Source of the DNA: Octopus vulgaris
Taxonomy: Eukaryota
Reading direction: 5' to 3'
Length of the DNA stretch: 64,000 nucleotides
Assembly (NCBI GenBank): GCA_951406725.2
Contig: OX597827.1
Coordinates: forward strand, 22,816,001 to 22,880,000
Of the stretch, positions 14,005 through 27,871 are shown in pieces. The translations under genes were made by a program, and so were the position numbers. Numbering within the stretch: the first letter of the stretch is position 1; every line of letters begins with the position of its first letter. Under the pieces are notes generated by a model that worked only from the letters and a program-made list of their open reading frames with translations, searched no databases and was not told the DNA's origin.

Positions 14005-14205
14005 TTTCTTTACTACCCAAAAGGGGCTACACATAGAGGAGACAAACGAATTACGACCCTAGTGCGTAACTGGTACTTAATTTATCGACCCCGAAAGGAT
14101 GAAAGGCAAAGTCGACCTCGGCGGAACTTGAACTCAGAACGTAACGGCAGAAGAAATACAGCTACGCATTTCGCCCGTCGTGCTAACGGTTCTGCCAGCT
14201 CGCCA
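14005..14205 (-). mobile_element. SINE family A
   Basis: Reverse-complement copy; flanked by an apparent duplication of ggtagtcgttata. Confidence 0.8.
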
Positions 14206-14484
14206 TGGTAGTCGTTATAGTATGGTGTTGGTCGAGTTGGCCTTCATTGACAAACCTATCTTCAAAAGCATTCCAAGTGTAAACACGTCCACTTTTCAAT
14301 GCTTGTGTGTCTCTGTGATTTCCGTCTGCCAAACTAACCGTACCTACGTACGTACATAGAAACCAACAAAAATTCTATGTTGTTGATGTTGAAATTCCAA
14401 TGAAGGAACCGTGGATCTAGGTTAGAAACCGGTTCTTTCTCTATTGGTAAGAAATCTTCAAATAAACTGAATGACATCCATTTG

Positions 14485-14840
14485 TGTGTGTGTGTCTTTG
14501 TCATTTGACTGCGGTCATGCTGGGGCACTGCCTTTAATTGTAGTCGAACTAATCGAGGCCAGTACTTACTTTTTAAAAACTGGTGCTTATTCTGTTCTTT
14601 TGCCGAACCACTAAGTGACGGACGTAAACGTGCCAACACTGGTTGTCAAATGGTGCGAATGGAGAAACACCACACATACACACACAGATACAGATTGCTA
14701 GATGCGACGGGCTTCTTTCAGTTTCCGTCTACCAAAGCCATGTGAATGGATTTGGTCGGTATGGAGCTTTAGTACAAGACACTTGCCCAAGATACCACGC
14801 AATGGGACTGAACTGAAGTAAGCTTATTACCCACACCCAC
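14485..14840 (-). mobile_element. SINE family B
   Basis: gggcttctttcagtttccgtctaccaaa..gacacttgcccaag. Confidence 0.7.
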
Positions 14841-15732
14841 ACGTATGTATGTATACAATCTTGTTTCAGTCATTGGACTGCAGCCATGCTGGAGCAGTCT
14901 TGAAGAGTTCAGTTTAAAAAAATCACCTAGTACTTATTTTCAGTCTGGTACCACTTATTCTATCGGATACTTTTGCCAAACCGCTTAGGTAGGGAACGTA
15001 AACAAACCAACGCCGGATGTGAAGTGGTGAACACAGAGAAGTTTTGTCTACCTAATTCATTATACAATTTAATAAATAGCAAAACCAAACCTAAAACAAA
15101 TTTAACAACGTAGCCATTGATTTTTTTATTTTTTTTTATCTCAGAGTGAAAAGTAAAAATATCTTCAGTGAGAATTGAACCACTGAACAGAAGGTTGTTA
15201 ACCAAATATTCCTGACATTTTTCGTCGGATGTTTTAGACATTGACACGGAGTTTTGTAGGAAGGATTGCAGTGTATTAAAGATACTTTGAATGACTCCTC
15301 TTTTATCAGTTCCGAGGGGAAAGGAGGGAAGGAATAATAGAATGTGAACTATAATCGGGTAAGATTTAGCTACCATTTCTAGCAGATTGCGTGATCATTT
15401 GTTCAAGGGAGGTAAGCAAGGTTTTTTTAATGCTGCCCTCTCTACCACTGCACCGACTTCTGTCACCTCGGACCTGCAGCTAAACAATATCTGTAGGTCA
15501 ATCGTAATCGATACCAGTTGAGAACTGGTATCGATATAATCAATTAGCTCTCGTCTCTAAAAATTGCTAGCTTTATGTCAAAATTTGAAAGAATTTGTAA
15601 CTCGACATTAAATTTAGGTCATTGTTTCTCAACCATTTTTTTTTTTTGCCTTTGGACTCTGATTGCTATTTAACTCCGATGGACCCTCTTGACCATTCAG
15701 TATTTTTTTAAAAACCTTTTTTTATACTTAAA

Positions 15733-16127
15733 CTAGCAGTATCGCCCGGCGTTGCTCGGGTTTGTAAGGGAAATAACTATATAAGCATTTTTAGAGACGT
15801 AAAGTATAATAGCCATGTCAATATGGCTAACCACAAAGGGGGGGGGGTTACTGTAGCTTTTTACGTTCTGAGATTTAATAAATTTTTAGAGAGTTACTTC
15901 CCTTATATATGCCAAAAATGCATTAAAAATGGGAAAAATTGATGGTAAATATTTTTTTTAAATCGTAGACTCATCGTAGACGCGCGCTAATACCCAGAAG
16001 GGCTCGATATGAATCACGACTGTAAGATACCCGGTTTTTGTTAAACTGCACTGCAAAATGTGGGAGTAGTTAGGAATCTAAATCGTAGGAGACAGACAGC
16101 ACACAACCTCTCTTTTATATATAAAGA
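15733..16127 (-). mobile_element. Non-autonomous Helitron
   Basis: On - strand: 5' TC, 3' CTAG preceded by GC-rich hairpin cccgagcaacgccggg, inserted between A and T, no TSD. Confidence 0.85.
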
Positions 16128-16979
16128 TATCGTTAGGAATTGTAAAATATGTTGTGTATTGTAGAAATTATAACCAATTTATTGCAGATGGGAACTGCTG
16201 GTTTAGGTTGATAGATGAGATTGGAAGATAGATAGATTTAGTTTGTACATTGGTTAATTTTAAATGAGGGAATTTTCATTTCAAGATGTTTTAATGCTTT
16301 TTTTAAAAATATATATTATTAATTGGTGGGTGATGGGTAGGCAAAATCGGTTGAGCATCAGACAAAATGCCTTCCACTATTTGTTCTGGCTTTTTATATT
16401 CTGGCTCCACATAAAAAGCACCCATCGCGTAAAAAAAAAACCACCCAGTAGATTCTGTAAAAGTGATTGGTGTTATGAAGGGCATCCAGCCATAGAGACC
16501 ATGCCAAAAGAGACAACTGGAGTGTTGTGCAGCCCTTGTCAAAAGGCCTGATCCAAGCCAGCATGGGAAATGGACTTATGATGATAATGAATTTGAAAGT
16601 CAAAACTTTGGCTTTCATTCATCCAAACTCAATAGACTAAAAGTACTGGCCTGGTCAGCCTAATTGACCTTAAACCCCTTCCTCTTAAATTTTAGGCCTT
16701 GTGTTTATGTTAGAAACAATTATTATTATTATTATTACCATTGGCAGAGTTGTTAGCAAACTGGACAGAATGTTTAGCGGCATTTTGGACCGTCTTCACA
16801 TTCTGTAACAGTTCTTAATGTAGTAATTGATTTTTTACACCTGTACCAGCATCAAATAGAACAAACAAGAATAAATGTTATCGAAATCTATTACTAACAA
16901 TGGTTTCCAGTTTTGGCACCAGGCCAGTGGTATTTATTTTTATTAACCCCAAAGAATGAAAGGCAAAGTTGATCTGTTG

Positions 16980-17280
16980 CATTATCTGGTTCTGTATCTT
17001 GATGGCGATGTTGGCATCCTTGGCACTATACAGTGGTGCCCTGTTCTTCTGTTTGCGTAATTTTCAATCCCAAAGTTTGGGACAAGACCTTCCAGGATTT
17101 TCCATATACATATCTCACTGCTTATCTTTCCTGCCTTCATTCTAGGGAGTAGTGTCTTAACTTTTTCAGCCTTTCCCAGTAGCTGACACGTCACATTGAG
17201 ACGATCTTCTTTGTGTAGCTTTGCTGGATTGCTTCAGTTTCCACTGTTAACTTTCCACTTTGAAGTGACCATAATTGCAA
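16980..17280 (-). mobile_element. CR1/Jockey-type LINE ORF2 C-terminal remnant
   Basis: IWKILEGLVPNFGI..RRTGHHCIVP. Confidence 0.55.
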
Positions 17281-17349
17281 GCAACGTACACACCCACACG
17301 CTTTGATATATTTATACCCCAAGATGTGCTTTTCTTTGTTTACATTATA

Positions 17350-17727
17350 CTCTTTTACTTGTTCCAGTCATTAGACTGTGGCTATGCTGGAGCACCACCT
17401 TTAGTCAAGCAAATCGACCCCAAGACTTATTCTTTGTAAGCCTAGTACTTATTCTATCGGTCTCTTTTGCCGAACCACTAAGTTATGGGGACGTAAACAC
17501 ACCAGCATCGGTTGTCAAGCGATGTTGGGAGGACAAACACACAAACACACACACACATATATACGATGGGCTTCTTTTAGTTTCCGTCTACCAAATCCAC
17601 TCACAAGGCTTTGGTTGGCCCGAGGTTATAGTAGAAGACACTTGCCCAAGGTGCCACGCAGTGGGAATGAACCTGGAACCATGTGGTTGGTAAACAAGCT
17701 ACTTACCACACAGCCACTCCTACGCCT
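17350..17727 (-). mobile_element. SINE family B, near full length
   Basis: tRNA-like head at ~17655-17727 plus caccttgggcaagtgtcttc core on - strand. Confidence 0.8.
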
Positions 17728-18479
17728 AAAATTCTAAACATTAATATACATTTCTGCTTCAGAATGCATGTCTTGACCTTTTGATAAATTATTTTTATTG
17801 TGTGTGTGTGTGTGCTTAAAGTTGTCATTTTGCCTTCTCACGAGACTACTTGAACTAAAAATGGCATCCCTCCCCCCCCATGTGAACATTACATCTTATA
17901 GCTCTGTTGTTAAAGATTTGGGTGAAATGAAAAAGAAAAATCCCTTCTTTGAAAACAGGTGAGTGTTGGTGATAGGAAGAGTATCCAACTGTGAAAATAC
18001 GGCTGCAAATCAGCATCCATCTAATCTCAGCAGCTTAGGAAAACGAGCAGAGAACAGACACTGAGCACCCCACATAAACACACTGTAATTATTACATTAG
18101 AGTACAAACAACTGTTACAAGGCCCTCATGCCCTCGCTACTTAGTAAAGTGATGATGCTATATAAAGTGAGAACAGGCCAAGGTTATAGTTTCTAAAGAA
18201 GGCTTGTGTAGTTCAAAGTGTTTACATTTTATGTTTGTTCTTTGGTGCTGCAGTTTTAATAATGCTCATTTCAGTTAAGGCAGCAACACAATCCTATGTG
18301 GAGACTGTGATCCTGAATTATTTGTAGCTTTTGTAAAGGGGGCTGAGCTTTTAGCTTTGCTTCCATTGTGTGGCATCTTAGGCAAGGGCTTCTCCTATAA
18401 CCTCACATTGACCAAAAGCCAGGGGAGGGAAGAAGATGCGCTCTCCGGCTATCTATCTGCGGCTTTATATAGCTATGGT

Positions 18480-19070
18480 AAGACCTCACCTGGAGTTTGC
18501 ATCACCGGTCTGGAACCCCTATCTTGCCCAGGACATCAATCGTCTGGAAGCTGAGACGTGCAACCAAAAGAATACCCTCCATCAGGCATTTGCCATATCC
18601 TGAACGCCTTACTTCCCTGGGCATGGACACATTGAAACTCCGACGTCTGGCAGCTGACTTGGCAGACACCCATAAAATTATCAACCATTGCACAAACAAT
18701 AACTCTGAGCACCTCTTCAAACTCCACCCATCTAACACCCGTGGACATATTTACAAAGTAAGAAAACAGCACAGCTCCCATGACTTCAGGAAACATTTTT
18801 TCACGCTGAGAGTTGCTGAAGCATGGAACAAACTGCCGGCATCGGTTGTTAGTTGTCGGAGCACTGCATCCTTCAAAACTTCCATGCTTCTTGAGATTCG
18901 CCAACACTACACCTGATTTTCTCCCCTCCATACACACGCAAGCATGTATCTGACTCATACACTGTTCACTTTCCAGACATTTCTACATTATTGCATGTAC
19001 TTTATATGCACTTTCTGACAAGTTGTGGTGCACCTGAGCACTTTATACAATAATTTCATTATTATTATAT
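18480..19070 (+). mobile_element. CR1-group LINE 3' fragment
   Basis: RRATKRIPSIRHLPYPERL..LRRLAADL..TRGH..FFTLRVAEAWNKLP; 3' UTR ending in (ATT)n. Confidence 0.85.
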
Positions 19071-19642
19071 TATGAGTAAGGGGAGACTGGAGAAGATTGT
19101 TGCATGGACTGAGCCTGTAATTTAAAGGTGCAGTTTTGTCACATTCTGTCATAGTGATTCTACTTGAGAATTACGTTAAGAGTACGTGTGTCTGTGGAGT
19201 GCTCAGTCACTTCACATGCTAATTCAATGAGAAGGTTGTCCAATTGATCAAACACCTGGATAGTCATGTGTTGAAATTTGAGAGTCCATCATGTGTGTGT
19301 GTGTGTGTGTGTTTGTAAATAGGGTGTGCTGCTGTTGTTGTGTAGCCCTCTATTAGCACTGATCTAGCAGATATGATATGTAGGTCACCAACGAATGTCT
19401 AAATGTAATCTAAAGATCTGCTCTTTCAGATACACTCCATTTCTGTTGAGTTGGGCGTATTTTCTGGATGCATGCTTTGCTTAATTGTATACAATTCAAC
19501 TTGATAGCCTGGACACATTGAATTTTATTTTCTATTCCATCTCGTCTGTTTCTGGTACAGAAGTTTGAATCTGTTGTGAATTCTTTTGTTCCTCTCCCCT
19601 CAGTATTTCTGTTGTGTATCCCAGCACAAGGATCAGGTTTAA

Positions 19643-19863
19643 CCCTTTAGCATTCAGACTTCTTTGACAAATGTAATGCTTATTTATTCACATTGTTTTG
19701 AATTAATCATGCTTTTGTCTCGGAGCTTAGAGATTTCATTGGTGTGTTTGTATGTTTTTAGAATGACATTGAAGGGTTGGAGTGAGAAGGTGGATCTGGT
19801 CAGTTTTAACATAAAACAAAGTAGAATATTTGAGCCAGATACGGTCAGATTAAATGCTAGAGG
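19643..19863. mobile_element. piggyBac-like MITE
   Basis: ttaa|ccctttagcatt ... aatgctagagg|ttta; related copies at 21895-22275, 39769-39975 and 1-40. Confidence 0.65.
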
Positions 19864-20059
19864 TTTAGTGAAAGGCTGGATGTGTGTAGTAACTGTGTCT
19901 TGATGCTGTTCATTGAGGTTAGACTTGCATGTCTGTACATTGCTGGATCTAACTGGTGTCTCTGATCAAACGCTTGGTGTCTAATTGATACCTATATGTA
20001 AATCATTTGGTTACCACACATAGGCATACATGTTTATTTCATGTCTTTTTCTCATTCAG

Positions 20060-20163
20060 GTGGTGGTGGTGGCAAAGGCACTTGGGGACTTCCCGGTGAA
20101 GAGTTATACGAAGATGGTATTTGTACAGATGTCCGTGATCCCAATTATGATCCTGAAAGCCAG
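20060..20163 (+). CDS. PDCD4: Programmed cell death protein 4, first coding exon seen (internal, phase 1)
   Basis: ttcag|GT..CAG|gtaatt; GGGGKGTWGLPGEELYEDGICTDVRDPNYDPESQ matches the PDCD4 GGKGxWG..DPNYD motif. Confidence 0.92.
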
Positions 20164-20254
20164 GTAATTGTTTAGTTTCTTTATTCTTGTATTGATTTAA
20201 TAATTGAAGAGTTTACTTTCAAAACCAGATCTATGCATCGGAATGACTTGAGGA

Positions 20255-20525
20255 CATCGCCAGTGCTGCTGGACTGGCTCCTGTGCAGGTGGCACGTAAA
20301 AAGCACCATTTGGACGTGGCCATTGCCAGTACCACCAAACTGGCCCTCGTGCCGATGGCACGTAAAAGCATCCACTACACTCTGAGTGGTTGGCGTTAGG
20401 AAGGGCATCCAACTGTAGAAACTCTGCCAGATCAGATTGGAGTCTGGTTCGCCTGACCTAAGTCAGATCGTCCAACCCATGCTAGCATGGAAAGCAGACG
20501 TTAAATGATGATGATGATGATGATG
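20255..20525 (+). mobile_element. RTE-LINE 3' end repeat (family C)
   Basis: ggaagggcatcc..ccatgctagcatgg..(GAT)n. Confidence 0.75.
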
Positions 20526-21384
20526 TTTAAAACAACAACCTGGATATATCTGATTTTGATTGGAAGACTAAGATTCACCTCCTGTCTATATGGCATCTAT
20601 CCCAGTTTGACTGAAAAACATTTCACATGCATGAAGCCAGCAGCTTGTAGATTGTGCTTTAATGGTTATCATGAAATCAACCAAATATGCACTTACACTG
20701 GTTTTGAAAGTAAGTTCCTCAGTTGAACCAAAATCACAACTATGCTTCCTCGTCTCCATCTGACTGGTTAACAGACTCGATTCTTACTTCATATTTGTTT
20801 AACCCAAAAGTTGGCCCTTGCATTTTTTTCCTTCAGGAATAATGTTCTCTAGACAAAAATATTCTGTATATCTTTTTTTTTTTTTAAGATGATACGATGT
20901 GATATGAAGTTAGCTAAAATTTTTAAGACAATATGGTGGGATTTGAGAAGTTCTAGGTCACTATTTTTACAATATAGCTGCTTCACCCCACACACACACC
21001 TCTTTTCTATGCTGGCATGGGTTGGACAGTTTGACAGGAGCTGGCAAAGCTGGAGACCACACAGTTTGTCATGGCATGGTTTCTACAGCTTTAATACCAA
21101 CCACTTTACAGTGTGTACTGGCTGCTTTTTATGTGGTACTAGCTCCAATGCTTTTTACATTTACGTCCCCATTAGATAACGAGTAGCTGTTCATTAAATT
21201 AGTAAACAAATATTCCAATTGATTATCGAACCAAATTCCAGTGTGTGTGAGATCTTCAGAGGTTGAGCCTCACGGAGGAGGTGACAAGGATCTAAGGCTT
21301 CTGGCAATTTACTGAGCTTAAGACATGTCAAGCTAAGTAAAATACTGGCCATCCATACAGACAGGATTGTCCTTTACCGTCATA

Positions 21385-21617
21385 CCTATTTCTTTACTAC
21401 CCACAAGGGGCTAAACACAGAGGAGACAAACAAGGACAGACAGACGGATTAAGTTGATTATATCGACCCCTAGTGCGTAACTGGTACTTAATTTATCAAC
21501 CCCGAAAGGATGAAAGGCAAAGTCGACCTTGGCGGAATTTGAACTCAGAACGTAGCGACAGACGAAATACCACTAAGCATTTCGCCTGGCATGCTAATGT
21601 TTCTGCCAGCTCGCCAC
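21385..21617 (-). mobile_element. SINE family A
   Basis: Full reverse-complement copy. Confidence 0.8.
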
Positions 21618-21746
21618 CTTTTTTTATGACGGACTTTACTGTCATACCCCACCTTCCCCTCCCTCAGTGATCAGTGTATTCCTGTGAGGTTTTATTTTGT
21701 TATATATTTCTATTGTTCTTTTTTCTTTCTTTCTTTCTTTCTGCAG

Positions 21747-21860
21747 GATGAGTACATTGTGGAGGAAACGGAACCTGAAATAGATGATGAACAAGTTACA
21801 AAATTGGTAGAGCCTATCCTACTTGAGTATTTTGAACATGGGGACACGGGTGATTTCAAG
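21747..21860 (+). CDS. PDCD4: PDCD4 exon (start of MA3 domain 1)
   Basis: tgcag|GAT..AAG|gtgagg; DEYIVEE..VEPILLEYFEHGDTGDFK; 114 bp. Confidence 0.95.
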
Positions 21861-23998
21861 GTGAGGGTTTGAGCCTTTTTCTTCTTAATATGTTGAAACC
21901 CTTTGGTATTCGGGTCACTCTGCCAACTACAATGTTTGTTTATTCACATTGTTTTGAATTAATCATGCATTATCTTGTAGCTTTGAGATTTCAATATTGT
22001 GGAAAATGACATTGTAGTGTAGGCAAGAGAGGCCTGATATGGCTGGTTTAACCCTTTAGCATTCAGGTTACCTTGTCAAATGTAATGCTTATTTCTTCAA
22101 ATTGTTTTTAATTATGTATTGTCTCATAGCTTTGAGATTTTGATGATGTAATCATTTTGCTTTTAGAATGACATTGTGGGGTAGGTGCAAGAAGCTGGAT
22201 CTGTGGGGTAGGTGCAAGAAGTTTGAACTGATGGAATATTTAGGCTGGATATGGCTGGGTTGAATGCTAAAGGGGGAAGTAATAATAATTCTATAGTGCC
22301 ACATAAAAGTGCTTGTGTTGTGCCATGTGAAAGCACCCGTGTGGCACCACATAAGAGTGCCCATGCGGCAAGCATCCAGCGCACTCTGCAAAAACGGGTG
22401 GCATTAGGAAGGGCATCCAGCCATAGAAACCATGCCAAATCAGACTGGAGTCTGCTTCAGCTCCCCAGCTTGCCAGCTCTGGTCAAATCGTCCAATGCTT
22501 GCCAGCATGGACAATAGTTGTTATATGATGATGATGAACTCCTGTCTTAAAACTTAATGGGATGGTTTATATAAACTTTGGTGTTAACTCTGCCACTTGA
22601 GGTGCATATAAAATTGTCTAGTGTTTTCTTTGTCATTCAAGCTAAATATAAGGTATTACTCCCAATTCCTGTCTATAATGGTCTATTACTGGATTCATTT
22701 ATATATATATATTTTCCTATTATAAATTATGGATGGAAGGTATATTGTGCCAAAAAATTATCTTGCAGTGTTTAGCGATGTCTATGTTCTGAGTTCACAT
22801 CCTGCCAAGATCAGCTGCGATCCTTCCTAATTGATAAAAATAAACTACCTGTCAAATATTGCCACAAATTTGTTCTGGTGTTTTATGTCCTGAATTTTAA
22901 AAAATAAATAAATAAATAAAGCCTATTTAGGTTGACTTTGCCCTTTCATCCTTCTGGGGTCAATGGAACAAAAAAAAAATCACAAGTAGTGGAGTGTGTG
23001 GGATCAATTAAACCTTCCCCTCAAATTCCTGGCCTTATGCCTGCATTCATACTGATTATTATTTTCTATTATAAGCACAAGGCCTGAAACTGATGGTCAG
23101 GGTTGGTCGATTACATTGACCTCAGGAATTGGCTGGTACTTCTTTTATTGATCCTGAAAGGAGCTTATTATTGAATGAGAAAGCAGCACATTCTTCAAAG
23201 TGATGGGCTACAAATATATGAAGCCCAATAAACCCTTCATGACTGACTGTCTGATAAGGGTGACTTCATATCAGGATAAACAGTGCATGACCCTGTTGGT
23301 GAGGCCCAGTAAGAATTTTCTTCAGGTTGAGTAGCCCATCCCACTCAAAAAGGTCTTTGAATAAAGGATGTTTAAGGATGATGAACAAAATACTCATGTT
23401 TCCAGAAGTTAATTATTTAAACCCCAGAAAATACTTCTCAACACATGGCTATGATGCTCCTCTGCATGTCATCAGAGCTATACACATCATCAGCCAATAA
23501 GGGACATGAAACAACAACTGACAAGCAAATCTCTGATATTGAGCAGAATATTTACAGTAGTCCATTTTTTATACCCAGACAAACATATACGTGATAACAC
23601 TTCCCATCAGTTAAGATCAGAAGTCACAAGTGCCATTGCCTGGTGCTGCATCAGGGCATTTGTCACCTCCTCCTCCTTCTTCAATAGTTTATTTTAAATG
23701 ATTGCAATATTATTTCCAAAATAATCTCCCAGTTGCTGTTATTGATTGATAGTCAAGTAATGTTTGTCTACTCTTTTGGCCTGACAAGAAATTCACTCCT
23801 TGAAACAGTTGTCACCCATTTTCCTTGTGCCAGCATTTCTGGATACAACCCAAATATTATTTTGAATAAGCTGTTTTCAGGATATCGTAAAATCTAACAT
23901 GTTTTTATGCACTGATCTAACAAATGTATAAACAATTCCTTGGAAAGTCTGGTTCATCAATGTGTCATTAAACTTGCTTTATTTCCTGTCTTTGTCAG

Positions 23999-24220
23999 GA
24001 CTCTCTTGAAGATTTAAACATGTCAAAGTACACGCCGCAGATTGCTGAGATGGCTATAAATCTGGCACTGGATCGAAAAGGATTGCAGAGAGAGATGACA
24101 TCTGTTTTGATATCGGATCTCTACGGAGATTATCTCTCTCATGAAGACATAGCTAATGGTTTTGACAATGTCTTAAGAAGCCTTTCAGAGTTAACCTTAG
24201 ATGCACCAGAAGCCCCATTG
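23999..24220 (+). CDS. PDCD4: PDCD4 exon (MA3 domain 1)
   Basis: gtcag|GAC..TTG|gtaagt; ..AINLALDRKGLQREMTSVLISDL..LTLDAPEAPL; 222 bp. Confidence 0.95.
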
Positions 24221-24409
24221 GTAAGTGATAGTAAAGCACCTTTTGAAAGTTGTTTCCTCTACATTTTTGAAGGACATTCACTGGAATGGTAACATAGTTG
24301 GCCCCTGCATTCACTTTCATCAGCTAAGTTTTAGTTTTAGTTTATATACCCCACTCTCAGCTTGGCTTCGGTATTAGGTATGACTTGTTATTGATGACAG
24401 TATTTTTTT

Positions 24410-24780
24410 ATCCTTTCACTTGTTTCAGTTATTAGACTGTGGCCATGCTGGGGTACCACCTTTGAAAAATTTTTAGTCTAAGGAATCAACCCCAGTACTT
24501 CTTTTTAAAACTTGTTCCTTATTTCGTCAATCTCTTCTGCTGAACGGCTAATTTATGGGGATGTAAATGCACTTACACTGGTTGTAAACTGATGGTGAGG
24601 GGCCAAAACGCACACACACACACACATATCTCAAGGTCTGGTTTCTTTCAGTTTCCATCTATCAAATCCACTCAGAAGGCTTTTTGTTGATCTGAGGCTG
24701 TAGTAGAAAACACTTGTCCAAGATGTCACACACTGGGACTGAGCACAGAACCATGTGATTGGGAAGCAGGCTTCTTGACT
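24410..24780 (-). mobile_element. SINE family B
   Basis: Degenerate reverse-complement copy. Confidence 0.7.
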
Positions 24781-25473
24781 ATTAATAAAAAAAATATATA
24801 CAGGATGAAAAAAATAAGTGAAACAAAATTGTTCATTAAGAAAATATATCAGTTCAGAGTGAATGTCAGTGGCATGCTCAGCATGTTTTAAGTCACTTTA
24901 CTGTTAGTAACAGTTTTGCTGCTGCTGCTGCCACTAGACATACAATTAAAGTAAATGAAACAAGTGTACTAATATATTTGTGTGTATAAATCTATCAGAA
25001 TTAACTTTATGGTAAACCTAGACAACACGAGAGTACAGTGTGGATGATTTCAATATTGTCGGTTTATCTGCAGCATCTGGAGTCCTTCTTAACAGAGCTT
25101 GGCCCAGTTGCTTTAAAATCCAGTGGATGGCAAGCAGGGGTATTTTTCAGGGTCAAACACCCCACTCCCTCTCTCTCTAGAAATTGAAATATCAAGATGG
25201 TGGGGGTGGGGTGGGGGTCAACCTTACTACTGTGTTATGCAGTCAATGTACTGAACTACTCTCATGTGGCTAATATATTGAACTGCTGTCTCATGTGGCC
25301 AGTGTATAAGACTGATTTCATATCAATGTGTAGGTTTCTGTCTCATGGTTTATATTTTGATACTGGTAAATGTAAAGTAATATAGTTAGGGACCTTTCTT
25401 TTTTTACTCGTTTTTATGTTAACTGCTTGTTTAACTAACAACTGTTTTAATTTATTTTGTTGCTGCTGTCCAG

Positions 25474-25571
25474 GTTGTTGGTCAATTTATTGCTCGAGCT
25501 GTGGCCGATGATTGTCTGCCTCCAAAGTTTGTCAGTAGTTACAAAGGCAAAGTAGATTGCCCGCATGCCAG
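25474..25571 (+). CDS. PDCD4: PDCD4 exon
   Basis: tccag|GTT..AG|gtatgt; VVGQFIARAVADDCLPPKFVSSYKGKVDCPHA. Confidence 0.95.
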
Positions 25572-25762
25572 GTATGTATAGCGACAATATCATCATCATC
25601 ATCATCATCATCTAACATCCATTTTCCATGCTGACATGGGTTGGCCAGTTTGACGAGCTGGCAAGACATGGGACTGTTTGTGTTGACAAGGGTTCTATGG
25701 CTGGATGCTTTTCCTAATGCAAATATCTTATATACATATGTATATACACACACACATGCACG

Positions 25763-25810
<48 letters not shown>

Positions 25811-25899
25811 GTGTGATGGGTAAATTGCCATTTTAAATTTTTAATTTTACGCATGCATATCTTTTATTTTTGATTTTGTCTACTACACTGTGTAGTAAG

Positions 25900-26970
25900 G
25901 CTAACTGGGAAGATAGTTTTTGTGTGTGGCAAATGCTCAGGACAATAAACATTGAAAATGTGCAGAAAACAGCTTCCATCACATTCCAGGGGGAAAAATT
26001 ACAAGTAATTGATAGCTTCCGTTACCTAGGTGACCAAGTCAGTAGCTGGGGTGGATGCCCTGAGAGCGTAGCTATTAGAATAAGAATAGGCTGCACAAAG
26101 TTCAGAGAGCTCCTACTTTAGCTGGTAACAAAAGAGCCTTTCACTCTGAGTGAAAGGTGGATTATATGATGTGTGTGTGTGCAAACACCCATGCTACATG
26201 GCTGTGAATGTGGGCTGTGACTACCGAGAACATGTGTAGGCTTGAAAGAAATGAAGCTAGTAAGCTCTGCTGGATGTGTAATGTTAGCATGACAGAGTGT
26301 AAGCATCCTGGGAGAAAAGTTAGCCATAAGAGGCATCAGATGTGGTGTGTAAGAGAGACGACTGTGTTGGTATGGTTATGTGATGCATATGGATGAAGAC
26401 AGCTTGTGAGGAATTGTCACACCCTAACAGTGGAGAGAACCTGTGGAAGAGGTAGACCCAGGAAGACCTGGCTTGAGGTGGTGAAGCACAAACTTCAAAC
26501 GTTGGGCTTCACAGAGGCAATGACAAGCAACCAAGACCTTTGGAGACATGTCGTGCTTGAGAAAACCTGGCAAGCCAAGTGAGATTGACCGATGCCAGTG
26601 TCACATAACTGGCTGGTTTAAAAGCACCCTTCAATCATTGGGCGATATGCCATGCTTGTGACCTGTAGACCTGAGTGAAATTGCAGTCATGGCTGATGCC
26701 AGTGCCACCTGACTGGCACCCATACCAGTGGCATGTAAAAAGCACCATTTGAGCATGGTCGATAACAGTGCTGCCTGACTGGCACCTATGCTGGTGGAAT
26801 GCAAAAACCTCCCACTACACTCCCGGAGTGGTTGGCATTAGGAAGGGCATCCAGTTGTAGAAACCTTGCCAAATCAGATTGGAACTTGGTGCAGCCTGTC
26901 GGCATACCAGTTCTCAGTCAAATCATCCAACCCATGGAAAGCAAACGTTAAACGATGATGATGATGATAT
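25900..26970 (+). mobile_element. RTE-clade LINE, 5'-truncated and degenerate
   Basis: FRYLGDQVS..RIRIG..KFRELL; MLHGCE.WAVT; RGRPRKTW.EVVK; followed by the family C tail ending in (GAT)n. Confidence 0.85.
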
Positions 26971-27521
26971 ATATATAAAATGTAGATTTGAATGTTTGTT
27001 GCATCTTGTTACTAGTTTAGAAATAAAGGTTTCCAGTTCAAATCCAGTCTAATGATCAAGACTGGAATGAAACCAAGTGAAATGCAACATGCATCAGGTG
27101 GCAAAGATCTAATGACCTATGTCCAACTCATGACAGCATGGAAAGTGGATGGGAAATAATTACAAATATAATATATCCAACGCACATAATGTATACAGTG
27201 TGTTTGTTGAGTAAATGGTTGGGGGTTCAGTTCTCTTCTGGAGCATACCAATTTGGTATTAATCCAACTGTTATGTTTAACCACAGGTCAGCTCTGATCC
27301 GGCACACATTTCATTGAAATTGTTTTCTTATTCAAACTCCCTTGTGTATCTAGGGGTGCATAAGTCTGTGTGTCATTTCTGTTTAAGGTAGTAGGATGTA
27401 AGTTGAGAAAGATTTGGTTGTTGTGCTTAGCATGTCAAGAAACAGTTTCGAAGTTCTGTTCTTTGTTCTGTGTGTTTTTTTTTCTTTTTTTTTTTGATAA
27501 ATGTTTATTTCTCTATTGCAG

Positions 27522-27636
27522 AGAGGCCCTTGATAAAGCTGACATCTTGTTAACTATGAAACATGGAATTGTGAGGTTAGACACAGTGTGGGGAACTGGT
27601 GGTGGTGTGCGACCTGTAAAGTTTCTTATCAAACAG
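27522..27636 (+). CDS. PDCD4: PDCD4 exon (inter-MA3 linker)
   Basis: tgcag|A..CAG|gtaagt; EALDKADILLTMKHGIVRLDTVWGTGGGVRPVKFLIKQ. Confidence 0.95.
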
Positions 27637-27759
27637 GTAAGTAGAGGGGGAGGAGTTTTGTGTTTGATTAGTGTTGTTAGTGTGTAGGTGGGTGCTGGAT
27701 TGTACCTTGCATGTGTGTGTTTGTGTATGCATGATATGCTGGGTGTATGTACGTGTATG

Positions 27760-27839
27760 CATAGTTTGGGTACTGGATGATACTCTGTGTGTGTGCATGG
27801 GCTACGGCATGTGTATTTGTGAAAATATGGGATGATACC

Positions 27840-27871
<32 letters not shown>

